DNA of 64,000 nucleotides from Hydrolagus colliei (taxonomy: Eukaryota): NCBI GenBank assembly GCA_035084275.1, contig CM068743.1, forward strand, positions 73,036,001 to 73,100,000. Direction: 5' to 3'. Below are positions 48,701-60,644 of this stretch, in pieces. The notes beneath the pieces are model-generated. The model worked only from the letters and a program-made list of their open reading frames with translations, did not search any database and was not told the DNA's origin. The position numbers and the translations under genes are program-made. Numbering within the stretch: the first letter of the stretch is position 1; every line of letters begins with the position of its first letter.

Positions 48701-51700
48701 CTGCTTTGCAGGAAAATGACCGCAACAACCCCAAACTGCACTGATATACTGCCTTTCACATCGGGAGCACCTCCCACGTTTAGGACAGCCGAGAGTTTGC
48801 ACCTGAAGAGGTATTGATATACTCAGCTCAGACAGTTCAGTATAGAATAATACCCGTGGCCGATATGATGTACCATCACCCCCAAAATGTCTCAAAAGCT
48901 TTACAGATTCCGCCATGTTGAAGTGCATTGGTCCTCATTTGGTTGGGCAAACTTCAGATGAGAACTCAAACCAAATTTCACTTCAGACCGGCTGTTTGCC
49001 GGTCTTGATTTGCCTACCCAACACTCGGTCACTACATTTGACAGCAATTAGCTAGCTATACAGCTCTTTGGGGGTATTTCAGTATTACAGGAGCATTATC
49101 AAATGTAGGAATCATTATTATTTATTATTTACTGTTACAAGCACAGCAATCTGCATTAGAAACGTCCCACAAACCACAGTGAGATGATGGGCTAATTCAT
49201 AATTTGTTGGGAAATTTGCATGAGAGGAAAGCACATGAACAACAAACAACAACAACAAAATTACATTTATAGAGTGCCTTTCCCGTCGGGAGGATGTCCC
49301 AGACACCTGGAAAAATTATCTACGCTTCAAAATAGTGCTATGAGTCCTTTAGCATTTGGAAACAATTTCCAATTATACATTGCCTTTCATGTGAAAGAGA
49401 TGAAAAAGTCGGTTTGATGAGAAATGAATGTTACCTTCACCCGTGAGGCAGACCCAGAAACACGTAAGATTCCCTCAGTCTCCAAACCACTTTGCTCCAG
49501 TTTCATTAAAAGCTGGGGGTGAAGAGAATCATTGCACATTTTAATTAAAAGCAATGGCTTTTCAAAGCAACAAACAAGCTTAAGTTATTTGTATTTAAAG
49601 GACTTTGCCCACAAAATACACACTCAATTCACTTTACAGCATATTTGGTGAAGTGTCTCGAAGATGTGATAAGGTGCTATATCAATGCTTTGTAGATGCT
49701 CAGTCCTTGAACATATTCAAGACTGAGATTGATATATTTCTTCTCGATAAAGGGATTAAGGGATATGGGGATAAGACGAGTGGGTGGAGTTAGATTAGAA
49801 GATCAGCCACAAGCTTATTGAATGGCGGGGCAGGCTCGAGGGGCCGAATGGTCTATTCCTGCTCCTAATTCTTATGTTCTTATCAAATGCAAGGATTATT
49901 ATTATAAATGAGATTAAACACTATAGACCAGAGCAATACATTCACCAAGGCTCCAGGAGAAGATGACATAGGTTCAAGGTTGTGAAAGGCAATTTCAGGA
50001 CAGACACCAGAAAGTATTTATTTAAAAAGAGAGTAATTAACTCTAAAACAGGTTGCCTGGAAGGGTGATTGAAGCCAACAGCTACAGGGGCTTGTGTGAG
50101 GGTTTAGAGTGGGTTGTCTAATCGGATGAGATCAAATGGCCAAAGTGCCTTCTTCATCAGAACCTCTCTTTATGATTTGAGAGAATACAGAAGAGTGCAG
50201 GAGAAGAAAAGCAGCGTACAGCAGATCCTCTCAAACAGGAAAACAAAGACAACATCGGGAATAATGATCAGAGCAGCAGTAAATACTTCAGATGAAAGAG
50301 AAGATAGGAAACCCTTCTTTTTACTCACAGTCTTATTTACTGTTTATTCTGCTATCTGGTCTCTCTACATGTTGACTGGTTAAATTAATGCAAATATTTA
50401 TTTCTTACATTAAAAAAATTGTCATTGCTCTTCTCTTCCTGCTCTCATTACTCATTGCTTCCTGCTCCAACTGCCTGCCGGTTGTTTATGTAGCATTGTT
50501 CCCTGCAGAAACTTTCCAAAACCCAAGGTGAGAACTGGCTGAAGGTCGTCTGTAGGCAGCTCAGCATTAACTTACTGAGAGGAAATACGCAATGCAGTAA
50601 CATTTGCGTTGTTTTAAAATATATCGCTTATGTTCATTTACACAAGGATCGTTTAATCAAACAATGTCAACTAATTGGAAGGGAGGTTGATGCCAATATA
50701 AATCAAGAGCTGTAATCTACAACATTTGATGACTTGTTCATTGTCTTTCTTAGAATAAGATCACAAAATAGAGTCAGATGAAGAAGTCTCATCTGTCCTA
50801 ATACCAATACCCACCCTACCATCTTCCCATTGGAGCAACGAGCTAATCCTTAAATGACCCCTTACTACCCTGCCTGCTAACACATACCAAATACTCTCAA
50901 GGGTATTAGGGTACTGTTCCAAATTTGCCTTTAGTAACTCTTAACTACTACCTTCTTGTGAATCTGAAACTATTGCTTTAGGTTTCATTCCTCATTCCCA
51001 TTTCAAACCATATATACTTCTATAAGGTCCCCTCCCACTGGGGCGTCTGTTTTCAAGGATATAAACCTCAAGCTCACAAAACTGTTTTGGATGAAGAAGG
51101 CCCTTCAGCCCATTTGATATCACCGTGCACAATTGGCTGCCACATTTCACCCACATGTATACAGTCAATTCACTTTACAGTAGATTTAGTGAAGCACTTT
51201 GAGACGTCTAGAAGACGTGAGAAGCGCTATATCAAACGTGAGGATTATTATCTGTCTAGACCACCCACTCTCCCCTCTGCTCATCACAGAAGTGAACCAT
51301 ATTTTAAATTAGTCTAGTGTGCTGGCCTCAATCACCTATGCTCTAGTTTGTCCAACTGTTCCCATGGCTCATTCTTCTAAGATCGGAGGATCAAGAAAGT
51401 TGACTTATCGTCTTTTCAACAGGCATGAGTTGGAGCCAGTGCTGCCGGCAGTGCTATGAAAAAATGAAATTCCCTCACTAGTCATATTAAGGTTGATCCC
51501 TTTCCCGTGTACCTTACAGCAGTATACGTACCTTTTGAAAGATAAGAGGAACCTTTGTGCCGGGAACCTTCTTCTGATCGTTTTCAAGTAATGTTGTGAG
51601 AGGAACACCAAAGAGGCCACTTTCTGCAACAAATAGGTAATGTCACCTCGTCAACAAATACACAGAACTGGAGGAGAGGGTAGAGGAAATGAATAGGATA

Positions 51701-54700
51701 AGTATAAACAGAGAGGAAGTACTAAAAAGATTGATGGCACTCAAGGTAGATAAGTCACTCGGTCCGGATGGGATGCATCCTAGGTTACTAAGGGAAGTAC
51801 GGGTGCAAAGAGGCTTTGGCCACAATCTTTCAATCTTCCTTGAACACAGGGTTGGTGCCAGAGGACTGGAAGGTTGCTAATCTTACTCCCCTGTACAAAA
51901 AGGGGCAGAAGGACAAACCTGGGAACTACAGGCCAGTCAGTCTAACATCAGTAGTGGGGAAACTTCTAGAGACTATAATCAGGGACATGATAGATCTTCA
52001 CTTAGAAAGATATCGGTTAATAAAGGACAGCCAGCATGGATTTGTTAAAGGCTGTTTTAAGGGGTCTGAAGGAACAGAGAGCCCTGGGGGCTTGCCTGAC
52101 AAATCTGATAAAGAGTTTTTTGATGAGGTATCAGAATGGGTGGATGAGGGTAGTGCAGTTGATGTAGTTTATATGGACTTTCAAAAGGCATTTGACAAAG
52201 TGCCACATAAAAGGCTTATAAGGAAAATAGCCCATGGCGTTAAAGGGACAGTGGCAGCACGGATCTAGAACTAGCTGGGAGACAGAAAGCACAGAGTTGT
52301 GGTGAACGGCTGTTTTTCTGACTGGAGGGAAGTGTACAGCAGCGTCCCCCAGTGATCAGTATTGAGGGGAGGCAATATAGGATACCCTGTTTTAAGGGGT
52401 CTGAAGGAACAGAGAGCCCTGGGGGTTTGTGTAAGTGATTCTTTGAAGGTGGCAGGACAGGTAGACAAGGCTGTTAAAAAAGCATATGGGATACTAGGCT
52501 TCATAAATAGGGATATAGAGTACAAAAGTCAGGAAGTTCTGACTAACCTCTATAAAACTTTGATTAGGCCTCAGCTAGAGTACTGTGTTCAATTCTGGTC
52601 ACCACACTTTAGGAAAGATGTTAAGGCATTGGAAAGGATGCCGAAGAGATTTACCAGGATGGTACCAAGAATGAGGGACTTCAGTTATGAGGAAAGGCTA
52701 GAGAGGTTAAGCTTATTTTCATTGGAGCAGAGGTTACGAGGAGACCTAATAGAGTTTTTCAAGATCATGGGGGGATTCGACAGGGTAAACAGAGAAAACT
52801 GTTTCCACTGGTGGGTGTATCAGTGACTCGAGGTCACAGATTTAAAATAGTTTCTAAAAGAAGCAGAGGGGAGGTGAGGAGAAATGTTTTCACTCAGCGA
52901 GTTGTTCAAACATGGAATACATTGCCTGAAAAGATGACAATGCATTCCACATTTGAACAACTCACTGAGTGGAAAGCGGCCAATTCGATTACAACTTTTT
53001 AAAGAGAGGTAGACACTTATTTGGGGAGGACGGTTTGCACGGTTATGGGGAAAGAGCTGGGGAGTGGGATTGAATTGCTCTTTTGTGCCGTAAGATTCTA
53101 TGATAAAAAAACAACAACAACTTGCACTTATTTATCATCTCCACACAGGGTAGCATCTCAGACAGTGGTGGAGCCTGACTCAATGAAAACACAGATCCAA
53201 ATCAATGACACCATGGATGCATCTTTAGTCTCAATACACAAAAGAGTCCAGTCGATTGCAACCCTTACCTCTTGCTTTCACTCGCAGAATCCTATTTTTC
53301 TTCAGCTCTATTCCCAATGCATCGAAGAATGTGGTTATCTCGATCAGAGTGAGGTTGTGAATTTTTTTCATGTCGTGGTGGGAGAGATCTCCAATTCGCG
53401 TTAACCCCAGTTTGTCTTCACGGGTGGTAAATTTCTGAGATTGGGAACAGGGTCAGAGAATTGCAAAGTTATTCTTTCGTTGATAGCATATCCTGGGTTC
53501 TTTCTCAGTTTCTGAGTTTGTACTCCAACCTACTGTAACGTTACTGAAACGTCCATCAATCAAGTAAGGTACACATTCGTCACCTCCCTGTTATACACAC
53601 CAGTTGCCTCCCTATTAAACACAGGAGTACTCCCCTGCTATAGATAGCTGTTATATACCTGCTACAAAGAGCAGTACCTCCCTGCTATACACATTCATTC
53701 AGAGTGTGGGAAACATTGAGTAGAATAACATTGGTAAGGGTTACCGGTAGTGCAGTGCTGATGTGCCGCTTGGTAAAGCTGTGCCTGTGCCTCTGTTCTC
53801 TGTGACTCCCTGGCAGTGACTCAGAGTAGGGGATATCCCAGTTCAGCTCCTCAATTATTTCAGCGTTGCCTTGTTGTGCTTCCATTAGGGAATTTTGATT
53901 ATTCCCTAAAGGGAAAAATTAAGAGATCATATCAAGTGCCTGATAGTGTATATGGTCGCAAAGTTCATCACCCCCACAATTAGCCAATTCAACATTTTTG
54001 TTCTGATTCAGCTTTTTTTTGAATAGAATACTGTCACATTTCCGCTTTGTGGTCGATGTTGCCACAACCTTAAGTCCTTTCAGTTCATTTTTGGTCAGCC
54101 ACTTCCCTCTGGACATTGATGTGGTCCAGTCTAGGGTATATAATGCATGAAATCCATGACCCGAAATACCCTTCACTTAATCATTTCAGCTTGCATATCT
54201 CAACAATATATTTGCGTAAGCTTTCATCCTTGCTTCTTTCTAAGTTTCTGAGATTGTTCTCAAAGTCACCATAACATCTATTAGTCAAGTGAGGTTCAGT
54301 TATTTCCCTATTGTATGCACACGTTATGCTCAAATACCTTAGTATATTTAACTAGATTGTACAAAAATCGTAAATCCTTGGGAAACTTAACAAGTAGCAC
54401 AAGGGTTAAAAGTATAACCATCTCACCGGCCCAGACTTTCTCTTCCTTCATCAAAACAGGTGTCAGGAAATCCTGGCCAGAACGACTGTGAGACCATTAA
54501 TATTTATGGAGACTGACAGCTATTTGAGAGCTGTCTGGGCTAAACACATAGATTGGCAACTAAGAGTAACAATCAATCAACGCAACGGAACAGTGGGTCA
54601 AATCCACCGATAAGGATTAAAATCCGATCATTTTTAAACTGACGCACAACAGACAATTTATGGTTGGGGTCCAGTGAGAGTTGCAGCCAGTGCTTCCTGC

Positions 54701-57700
54701 AGGTATCCGGACAAGTCGGGAGGCTTGCCTCCCTCTGGAACTCCACTCCTAACCCCCGTTCCCACTTCCCTGATGCAAGATTATGCCCAAAAGAAGCGTA
54801 GAGATGGCCTCACAGACGACTGGGTATAACTGCATACCTGACACCCGTCTGATTACCTGGATCTGCTGAATCTTGCTACAAGCCGCGTAATCTGTCATCA
54901 AATCTATAAGGTTGTGTGCTTTGTTCCAGCACCGTTCAGGTCAGAATCAGCACTGACTGACGTACTGGTTGTCGATGCACTGTTCAAGCTAGAGGTATCC
55001 AAACTCCTCAATGGTAGTATACAGCCCGGAACCGTATCAAACTGAGGTTAAACTGTATGCGAGGTTCGATGTTACAGCTATTATGGATGATACTTTTCCC
55101 AAACTATTTTCACAAAGAGAGGAGGGGGGTGAAGTTGGTGGGAGTGTTCACCACTCATTTAGTGGGACATCACCAGGAGAGGAAATTCCAATGATATGAT
55201 CAAGCCAAATGTCGCATTGTTTGCATTCATTGCATTTTTCACCCCTTTAACTCTGAAAGCTGCGTTTTATTATCACACTCCTGGTGATCATGCCAACTAT
55301 CACACAATTATCATGGCAAGAGGAAACTTACTGTAGTGTATAAGATTCGGCGGAACCTCATATTGTGGGCATCTCAGTAAAGGGAACAATTTCTTGTCTG
55401 TGTCACTTATTTTTATTTGAAACTGAAGGTGATATGTAATTGATAAGGGCAAAACAGACCAGTCTTCATTTCAAATTTTCATTGTACTTCATTGTGTATC
55501 TATAATAAGAATAATTCTTGCACTTGATATAGCATTTTGCACGTCTTCTAGATGCCTCAAAGCACTTCACAGAATATACTATAAGGTGAATTGACTGTAT
55601 ATGTGTGTGGGCGAAACACAGCAGCCAATTGTGCACAGCAGTGTCCCACAAACAGTTGTAGAAACAAATGACACACAACAGGAAATTTACACAGAGGGCA
55701 ATGAACAACTTGAACAGGATACCAACAAGAATGTTTCAGACCATAACATTGAATTTAAGTAGAGTGACAATAATAATAATCCTTGAATTTGATATTGTAC
55801 CTTATCATATCATTGAGAAGGCTCAAAGTGCTATTATATATTTTGTAAGTATAGGGTAAGTATAATTTGTCAGCAAAAGGCAGCAGCCAATTGTGTCCCC
55901 AAAACAGTTGTTGACTGAGCGACCAAATTATTATTATTTTTTAAAGGGATTTTTACTCCCAAAAGCGATCTCGCTAATGACTAACATCCAGGTTTCCTAC
56001 TTACTACTTGGTAAACCGAAGCATATGGAGTAGGGAATTTGCCTAACGTTTCACCCTGCAAGGGAAATGAGCCCAGGTCCTCTCACTTGTGAGGCAGGTG
56101 GTGTAACCAATATATAACAAGTTCCACATACTGTAGCACATTCACCGTGATGCTGTAATTACAAGAATGTTTTAAATTTCACTGTCTCTCTTGTAATTTC
56201 ATGTACTGTATATGTTAAATAAATTAGCTTTGCTTTAGCACAAAGTGTGCCCTGCCAAGTTTGTAATGTCTGAAGCAAGGTTAAGAATTAATTGATGGCT
56301 TTTAGCTATGTTGCACTGCACTGGCTGTGATCTTCTCTCATTTATATTCAGAGACAGCTGAAGTGGCAGAAATACAATTCAGAAGCACAAAATATAATTA
56401 ACGCAAGACAGAATTTCCAAATCAATCTTCTCTACACACGACAAGATGTAATGAAACAGGAAAAACAGTAAGATTCTCAATGACCTGAACAGAGCCTCAC
56501 TAATGACTAAGTTGTCAACTTGGTTCACTTGATAGCACTTCTGTCTCTGATTGTTGTGTGTTCGAGCCAACTAAGTGCAGTCTAGGCTGACACCAGGGCA
56601 ATAATATGGGATTGTTGGAGGTACTGTTATTTGGATCAATCACTTTAAAACCAAATAGCTGCCTTAGTTGTTCCCCTTGGGTTAGGAAAATCTAAATGTA
56701 GATTTAAAGTGAAATAACGTATGTACCAAACAAGACTGGAAACACCACTTTTCATGTCCAGCTTTGACTGGGCGATAGGCAGGAGCAGAAATGCAAACAA
56801 GGCGATAGTTTTCACATCGAGTGTTGATTTTTCACTCCATTCTTACAATACAAAATTACAATAACAACAAATTTGATTTATATAGCACCCTCCACACCAG
56901 ACAGCATCTCAGAGCGCTTCACAATAATGGATTTCGGGCACGAGCCAGGGGGAGGGAGAAAAATGTGACCGAAGGCGAGGTCAAAAAGCTGAGACCTGAA
57001 ACTAGGAAGAGAGGGGGTGAGGCAAAGGGAGTGAGGAAGGGAGTTCCAGAGGTTTGGGGCATAGTGGCTAAAGGCACAGCCGCCGATGGTGGAATGGAGG
57101 ATTCGGGCAACAAGGAGGAGACCAGAACTGGAGGAGCTGTGTTGGGGAAAGAGGAGGTCAGAGAGGTAGGGGGGTGCAGAGGAATGGAGAGATTTGAAAA
57201 CAGGAATAAGGATCTTGAAATCGATCCTCTCCAGTACAGGGAGCCAGTGAAGTCTGGCAAGGACTGGGTAATCGGGGAGCAAAGTTTGGTACGGGTGAGA
57301 ACACAGGCGGCAGAGTTCTGAAACAAAATTACATTTGTATAGTGCCTTTTGCGTCAGGAGGACGTCCCAAGGCTCCCAACAATCAGGGATTTGGACCTGG
57401 GCGGGGGGTCAGTATCAGGGAGGGTGAAAGGCAGGCAGGACGGGCATGAGGATGCCCAAAGCCTCGGTTAAGAGGAGGGTTTTGAATTGCATCTTGAAGG
57501 AGGCAAGGGAAGGAAGCAGATGAAGGAAATGTGGGATGGAGTTCCATAGAGTGGGGGCAGAAAGGCTGAAGCCCCATTGCGGATGGTGGGGTGGATATGA
57601 GATATGAGCAGGTCACAGCCTGCTGAGTGGAGGGACCAGATAAATTCATATGGGGCTAGCAGGTCATGGAGGTATCCCCCCCACACCCCCTGGAGGGCCT

Positions 57701-58303
57701 TGAAGGTGAGAATTATTTTTCCTGGATCCAAAATACTGTCTTGTCCCAGTGCCTTGGGACATCCTCCCAACGTTAAAGATGCTATACAAATGTAATTTTG
57801 TTGTTGTTGTTGTAGTTTGCCCACAAAGCACACAGTCACTGCATTGACAGTAAATTCTGAAGTATTTTGAGATGTCCTTTTGATGTGAATGGTCATTATG
57901 ACAGATGTAAAAATTATTACCAAATGTTAGAACTAAATCTGAAGGTTATCTAGTTACAATCCACAGGAACTTCAGGTGACAGGAACATCAGTTTACAGCA
58001 TATCCTCTGACCTTTTAAACGCCTCCCTCATTTGAATGGCGCTATATCAAATGTAAGGATTATTATTGACTGAGACATTGCTAGGAGTGAAATATCAAAG
58101 GATTTGATAACCAGCAATGATTGTGACAATGTATATTGTACTTTCTATTACTGTACTTTCTTACACTATTAACAAGAACACGACAGCCGTTTGGAATCTA
58201 GGAGACACTTACCTCTCGTCTGTTTCCATTGAATCTGTTCCTTTGGCTGCTGGACTCCGTTTGAAGTGGGTGACGTGTCTGGGACCGTGAAGCCAATTCT
58301 AGC
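42698..58303 (-). CDS. ARHGAP28: Rho GTPase-activating protein 28 (ARHGAP18/28/40 family), 3' part, 12 exons, 5'-incomplete
   Basis: Phase-consistent exons total 1452 nt. RhoGAP motifs LFGVPL, EGILRVSG (Arg finger), LKMFIRELP and NRMSLWNVSMIVAPNLF; C-terminal GVIRV..LSKVSMAIQL, LFEIGGNIGERCLD. Tail-to-tail with LAMA1. Confidence 0.85.
43770..43834 (-). CDS. ARHGAP28: ARHGAP28 exon (SGTTEPPHGQIHSLFEIGGNI)
   Basis: cgcag| ... |gtagga; 65 nt. Confidence 0.92.
44651..44775 (-). CDS. ARHGAP28: ARHGAP28 exon (LDIPEGVIRVYATQLSKVSMAIQL...FQCEN)
   Basis: tgcag| ... |gtgagt; 125 nt. Confidence 0.94.
45382..45525 (-). CDS. ARHGAP28: ARHGAP28 exon (IPSFMISQVRKMNE...ERAE)
   Basis: cacag| ... |gtaggt; 144 nt. 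Confidence 0.9.
45897..46094 (-). CDS. ARHGAP28: ARHGAP28 exon (AFLEFLSKIVANERKNRMSLWN...KYQDILWT)
   Basis: cacag| ... |gtgagg; 198 nt. Confidence 0.95.
46421..46503 (-). CDS. ARHGAP28: ARHGAP28 exon (ISQPKLRLQALHLLIMLLPEPNRDTIK)
   Basis: ttcag| ... |gtatgt; 83 nt. Confidence 0.93.
46814..46968. other. Assembly gap (155 N)
   Basis: Run of N. Confidence 1.
46977..47133 (-). CDS. ARHGAP28: ARHGAP28 exon (SLRQELEVKFY...LKMFIRELP...AVQ)
   Basis: cacag| ... |gtacga; 157 nt; donor lies next to the N gap. Confidence 0.92.
49435..49512 (-). CDS. ARHGAP28: ARHGAP28 exon with arginine finger (LLMKLEQSGLETEGILRVSGSASRVK)
   Basis: cccag| ... |gtaaca; 78 nt. Confidence 0.94.
51532..51623 (-). CDS. ARHGAP28: ARHGAP28 exon (SGLFGVPLTTLLENDQKKVPGTKVPLIFQK)
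   Basis: tgcag| ... |gtacgt; 92 nt; start of the RhoGAP domain. Confidence 0.94.
51660..53102 (+). mobile_element. CR1 LINE RT fragment, decayed, antisense in an ARHGAP28 intron
   Basis: PGNYRPVSLTSVVGKLLE, YMDFQKAFDKVPH, RPQLEYCVQFWSP; the YADD region is deleted. Confidence 0.92.
53269..53434 (-). CDS. ARHGAP28: ARHGAP28 exon (KFTTREDKLGLTRIGDLS..DMKKI...)
   Basis: ctcag| ... |gtaagg; 166 nt; family motif GLTxxGDLSxxDMKKI. Confidence 0.93.
53745..53905 (-). CDS. ARHGAP28: ARHGAP28 exon (NNQNSLME...EELNWDIPYSE...TALP)
   Basis: ccctttag| ... |gtaacc; EELNWDIPYSE resembles EELSFEVSYSE. Confidence 0.82.
55503..56125 (-). mobile_element. SINE 3' part (55503-55660) and long-form SINE (55770-56125)
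   Basis: Family tail, body and head motifs on the - strand. Confidence 0.7.
56858..57720 (-). mobile_element. Two tandem L2 3' fragments
   Basis: QNSAACVLTRT, LARLHWLPVLERIDFKIL, AFSHYAPNLWNSLP. Confidence 0.82.
58213..58303 (-). CDS. ARHGAP28: ARHGAP28 exon (ARIGFTVPDTSPTSNGVQQPKEQIQWKQTR)
   Basis: Strong ttcttcttctcacag| and |gtaagt sites; phase 0 to 1; weak similarity to recalled human TIPVLPVHSNGSPEP. Confidence 0.7.
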
Positions 58304-59341
58304 CTGTGAGAAGAAGAAACATGAACAAAACTGCTAGTTTCCAAGTATAGTTTCCATGTAAGATGAATTCCCACACTATAATCTCACCTTGTGTTTAAAG
58401 TATTATTATTATTAGTGTGTTTAAAGTGCCTCGAAATCTTATTTCAGAAAAAAAATGCTTTGAAAATTTAGAAGAAAAAATGTCAATGTCCTCGGAATAA
58501 AATGGATACAAAAGTCTTCAGATTAAAATGGGTAATGTCACGGAGCCTCATATTTGATTCCCAATACTTCAATGATTACATTTGGGGTTTCTCGAGTTGG
58601 GAGAACAAAACCAGTATCCCGATTATATTAACTAATTGAAATACACAAATATATATTGTTACAACACCCCAAAGCCTTAAATTTAGTCTGAGTGGTAACA
58701 CATAAAATGCAAGGTACTATACTACTCTTTATTGTAATCTAGCAACACTAAGCCACCTTGCAAATAAAGAACACAAAAATTCAAGACAAACAGCAGGAGC
58801 AAACATAACAATCCAACATATCTATAACAATTTGCAGAACAGTATGCATTAGTAACTAACACAAATTTGCTGGCCCCTGATCCATATATTGTTGGAATCC
58901 CATCTAGGCTGCTTGCTTGAATCCTACACAACCCATTGAAAGGGGCAAGCCTCCCTGATCATGACATCATCAACGCCACAGTAACTCATCAAACCACTAT
59001 ATAGCCTTTCCTATCAAGTGCTTTGAAACATCTTGACGATGTGATATGGTGCAAGATCAAAATGTAAGGATTATTATTGATATTATGATTGGGAATGTGA
59101 TTGGTAAGGAATTTTGACGAAAAGGAACTTGGATTGGCCTGGGGTCAAGATAAGGTGCATGGGAACAAATTACAATTGGGACCAGGACTGGGATTGGGAA
59201 TGGAGTTGGGATTGGGCAACTGCTCATGGGCTTGAACAGTGATTGTAAAGGGTCTAGGATCTGAGCTTCAGAAATGACGGTCAAGCCTTCAACGACTCGA
59301 GCTGGGCTGCCAATAATTTTGAAATGAGATGTACTGTAGTT

Positions 59342-59682
59342 ATAATAATAATAATAATCCTTGCATTTGATATAGCACTTTTCACATCTTATCAACGTCC
59401 CAAAGCGCTTCACAGAATATACTGTAAAGTGAATTGACTGTATATTTGTGGGCGAATCGCAGCAGCCAATTGCGCACAGTAGTGTCCCACAAACAGTCAT
59501 GGATTGAAATGACCAATTTCATTACTGTGGTTTTTTTTGGAGGGATTATTATTAGGCGTATGGAGTAAGGAAACTTGCCCAAGGTTTCACCCTGACCTGC
59601 CTGGATTCCATCACAGGCCTCCCCAGCTTGGTCTCCCCAGCTTGCAAGACAAGTGCTCTAACCACTGAGCCACAGGAGCTCC
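59342..59682 (-). mobile_element. SINE with 14-nt head duplication, copy A
   Basis: Full length; GG(C/T)CTCCCCAGCTT twice. Confidence 0.9.
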
Positions 59683-59903
59683 AAGTTTTAAACATTCGGA
59701 AGAGTTTATGCAAATATTCATAGAAAGTAGACTTCAAAACATCCAACTATCCAAAATGCAGAAGGAACTCTGTAGCAAAAATGATACGGTTGTAAGGTGT
59801 GCAGTTGTGCTGTTGGTTAAACACATGCAGTACTTAAACACACACTCTCGAGTCCCAGTGCCTTAGTTATTTCCAACCTGTGCCTACATTTCCCAGGATT
59901 GGG

Positions 59904-60246
59904 TAATAATAATAATAATAATCCTTGCATTTGATATAGCGCTTTCCACATCTTATCAACGTCCCAAAGCGCTTCACAGAATATACTGTAAAGTGAATTG
60001 ACTGTATATATTTGTGGGCGAATCGCGGCAGCCAATTGCGCACAGCAGTGTCCCACACACAGTCGTGGAATGAAATGACCAATTTTATTATAGTGATTTT
60101 TTTTGGAGGGATTATTATTAGGCGTGTGGAGTAAGGAAACTTGCCCAAGGTTTTGCCCTGACCTGCCTGGATTCGAACACAGGTCTCCCCAGCTTGGTTT
60201 CCCCAGCTTGCAAGACAAGTGCTCTAACCACTAAGCCACAGGAGCT
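59904..60246 (-). mobile_element. SINE with 14-nt head duplication, copy B
   Basis: Near-identical to copy A. Confidence 0.9.
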
Positions 60247-60644
60247 AAGCAGGGTATGTCCCTCTGTGGAGAAGTGCACATTCCATACCAGACAAACGGA
60301 AACCATACATACATAATTGGAACTCTTTAACATGGTGATGCATTTCTGTATGAGTCAGACACACATACAAAGAATAGGTTATGAGCTTCTATAATTTCAA
60401 CACACATTTCCTCCCAGATTCCAACTCAACACAAGTCTCTTGCAGCAACCATGAGCAGTGACACAGAGCTCTGCTGGCACTACCATTGTGCACCGTGATG
60501 TGTGCACTTACACTGTAATTTCTAAAAGTACAATTGCTCATTAGAGAGAGATTGGGAACTTAACCAATCAGCTGAATCCCACCCTCCCCCATCTAGAATG
60601 CTCTAAAAGTTGCAAATCAGATTTTCTCAGAAAACAATTATATG

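Noticed and set aside
53575-53695. Degenerate CCTCCCTGYTATACAC repeats resembling a spaced array
   Set aside because: Only 3-4 irregular units in a vertebrate intron; a decayed minisatellite, not CRISPR-like.
54932-55041. Ser/Thr-rich - strand frame (DTSSLNSASTTSTS) resembling human ARHGAP28 DDASLNSTT
   Set aside because: It lies on the wrong side of the 58213-58303 exon, the acceptor phase is incompatible and the donor is poor.
59057-60333. Recurring ORFs with IQSIHFTVYSVK / YIKCKDYYYY peptides
   Set aside because: They are translations of the non-coding SINE; frames are not preserved between copies.
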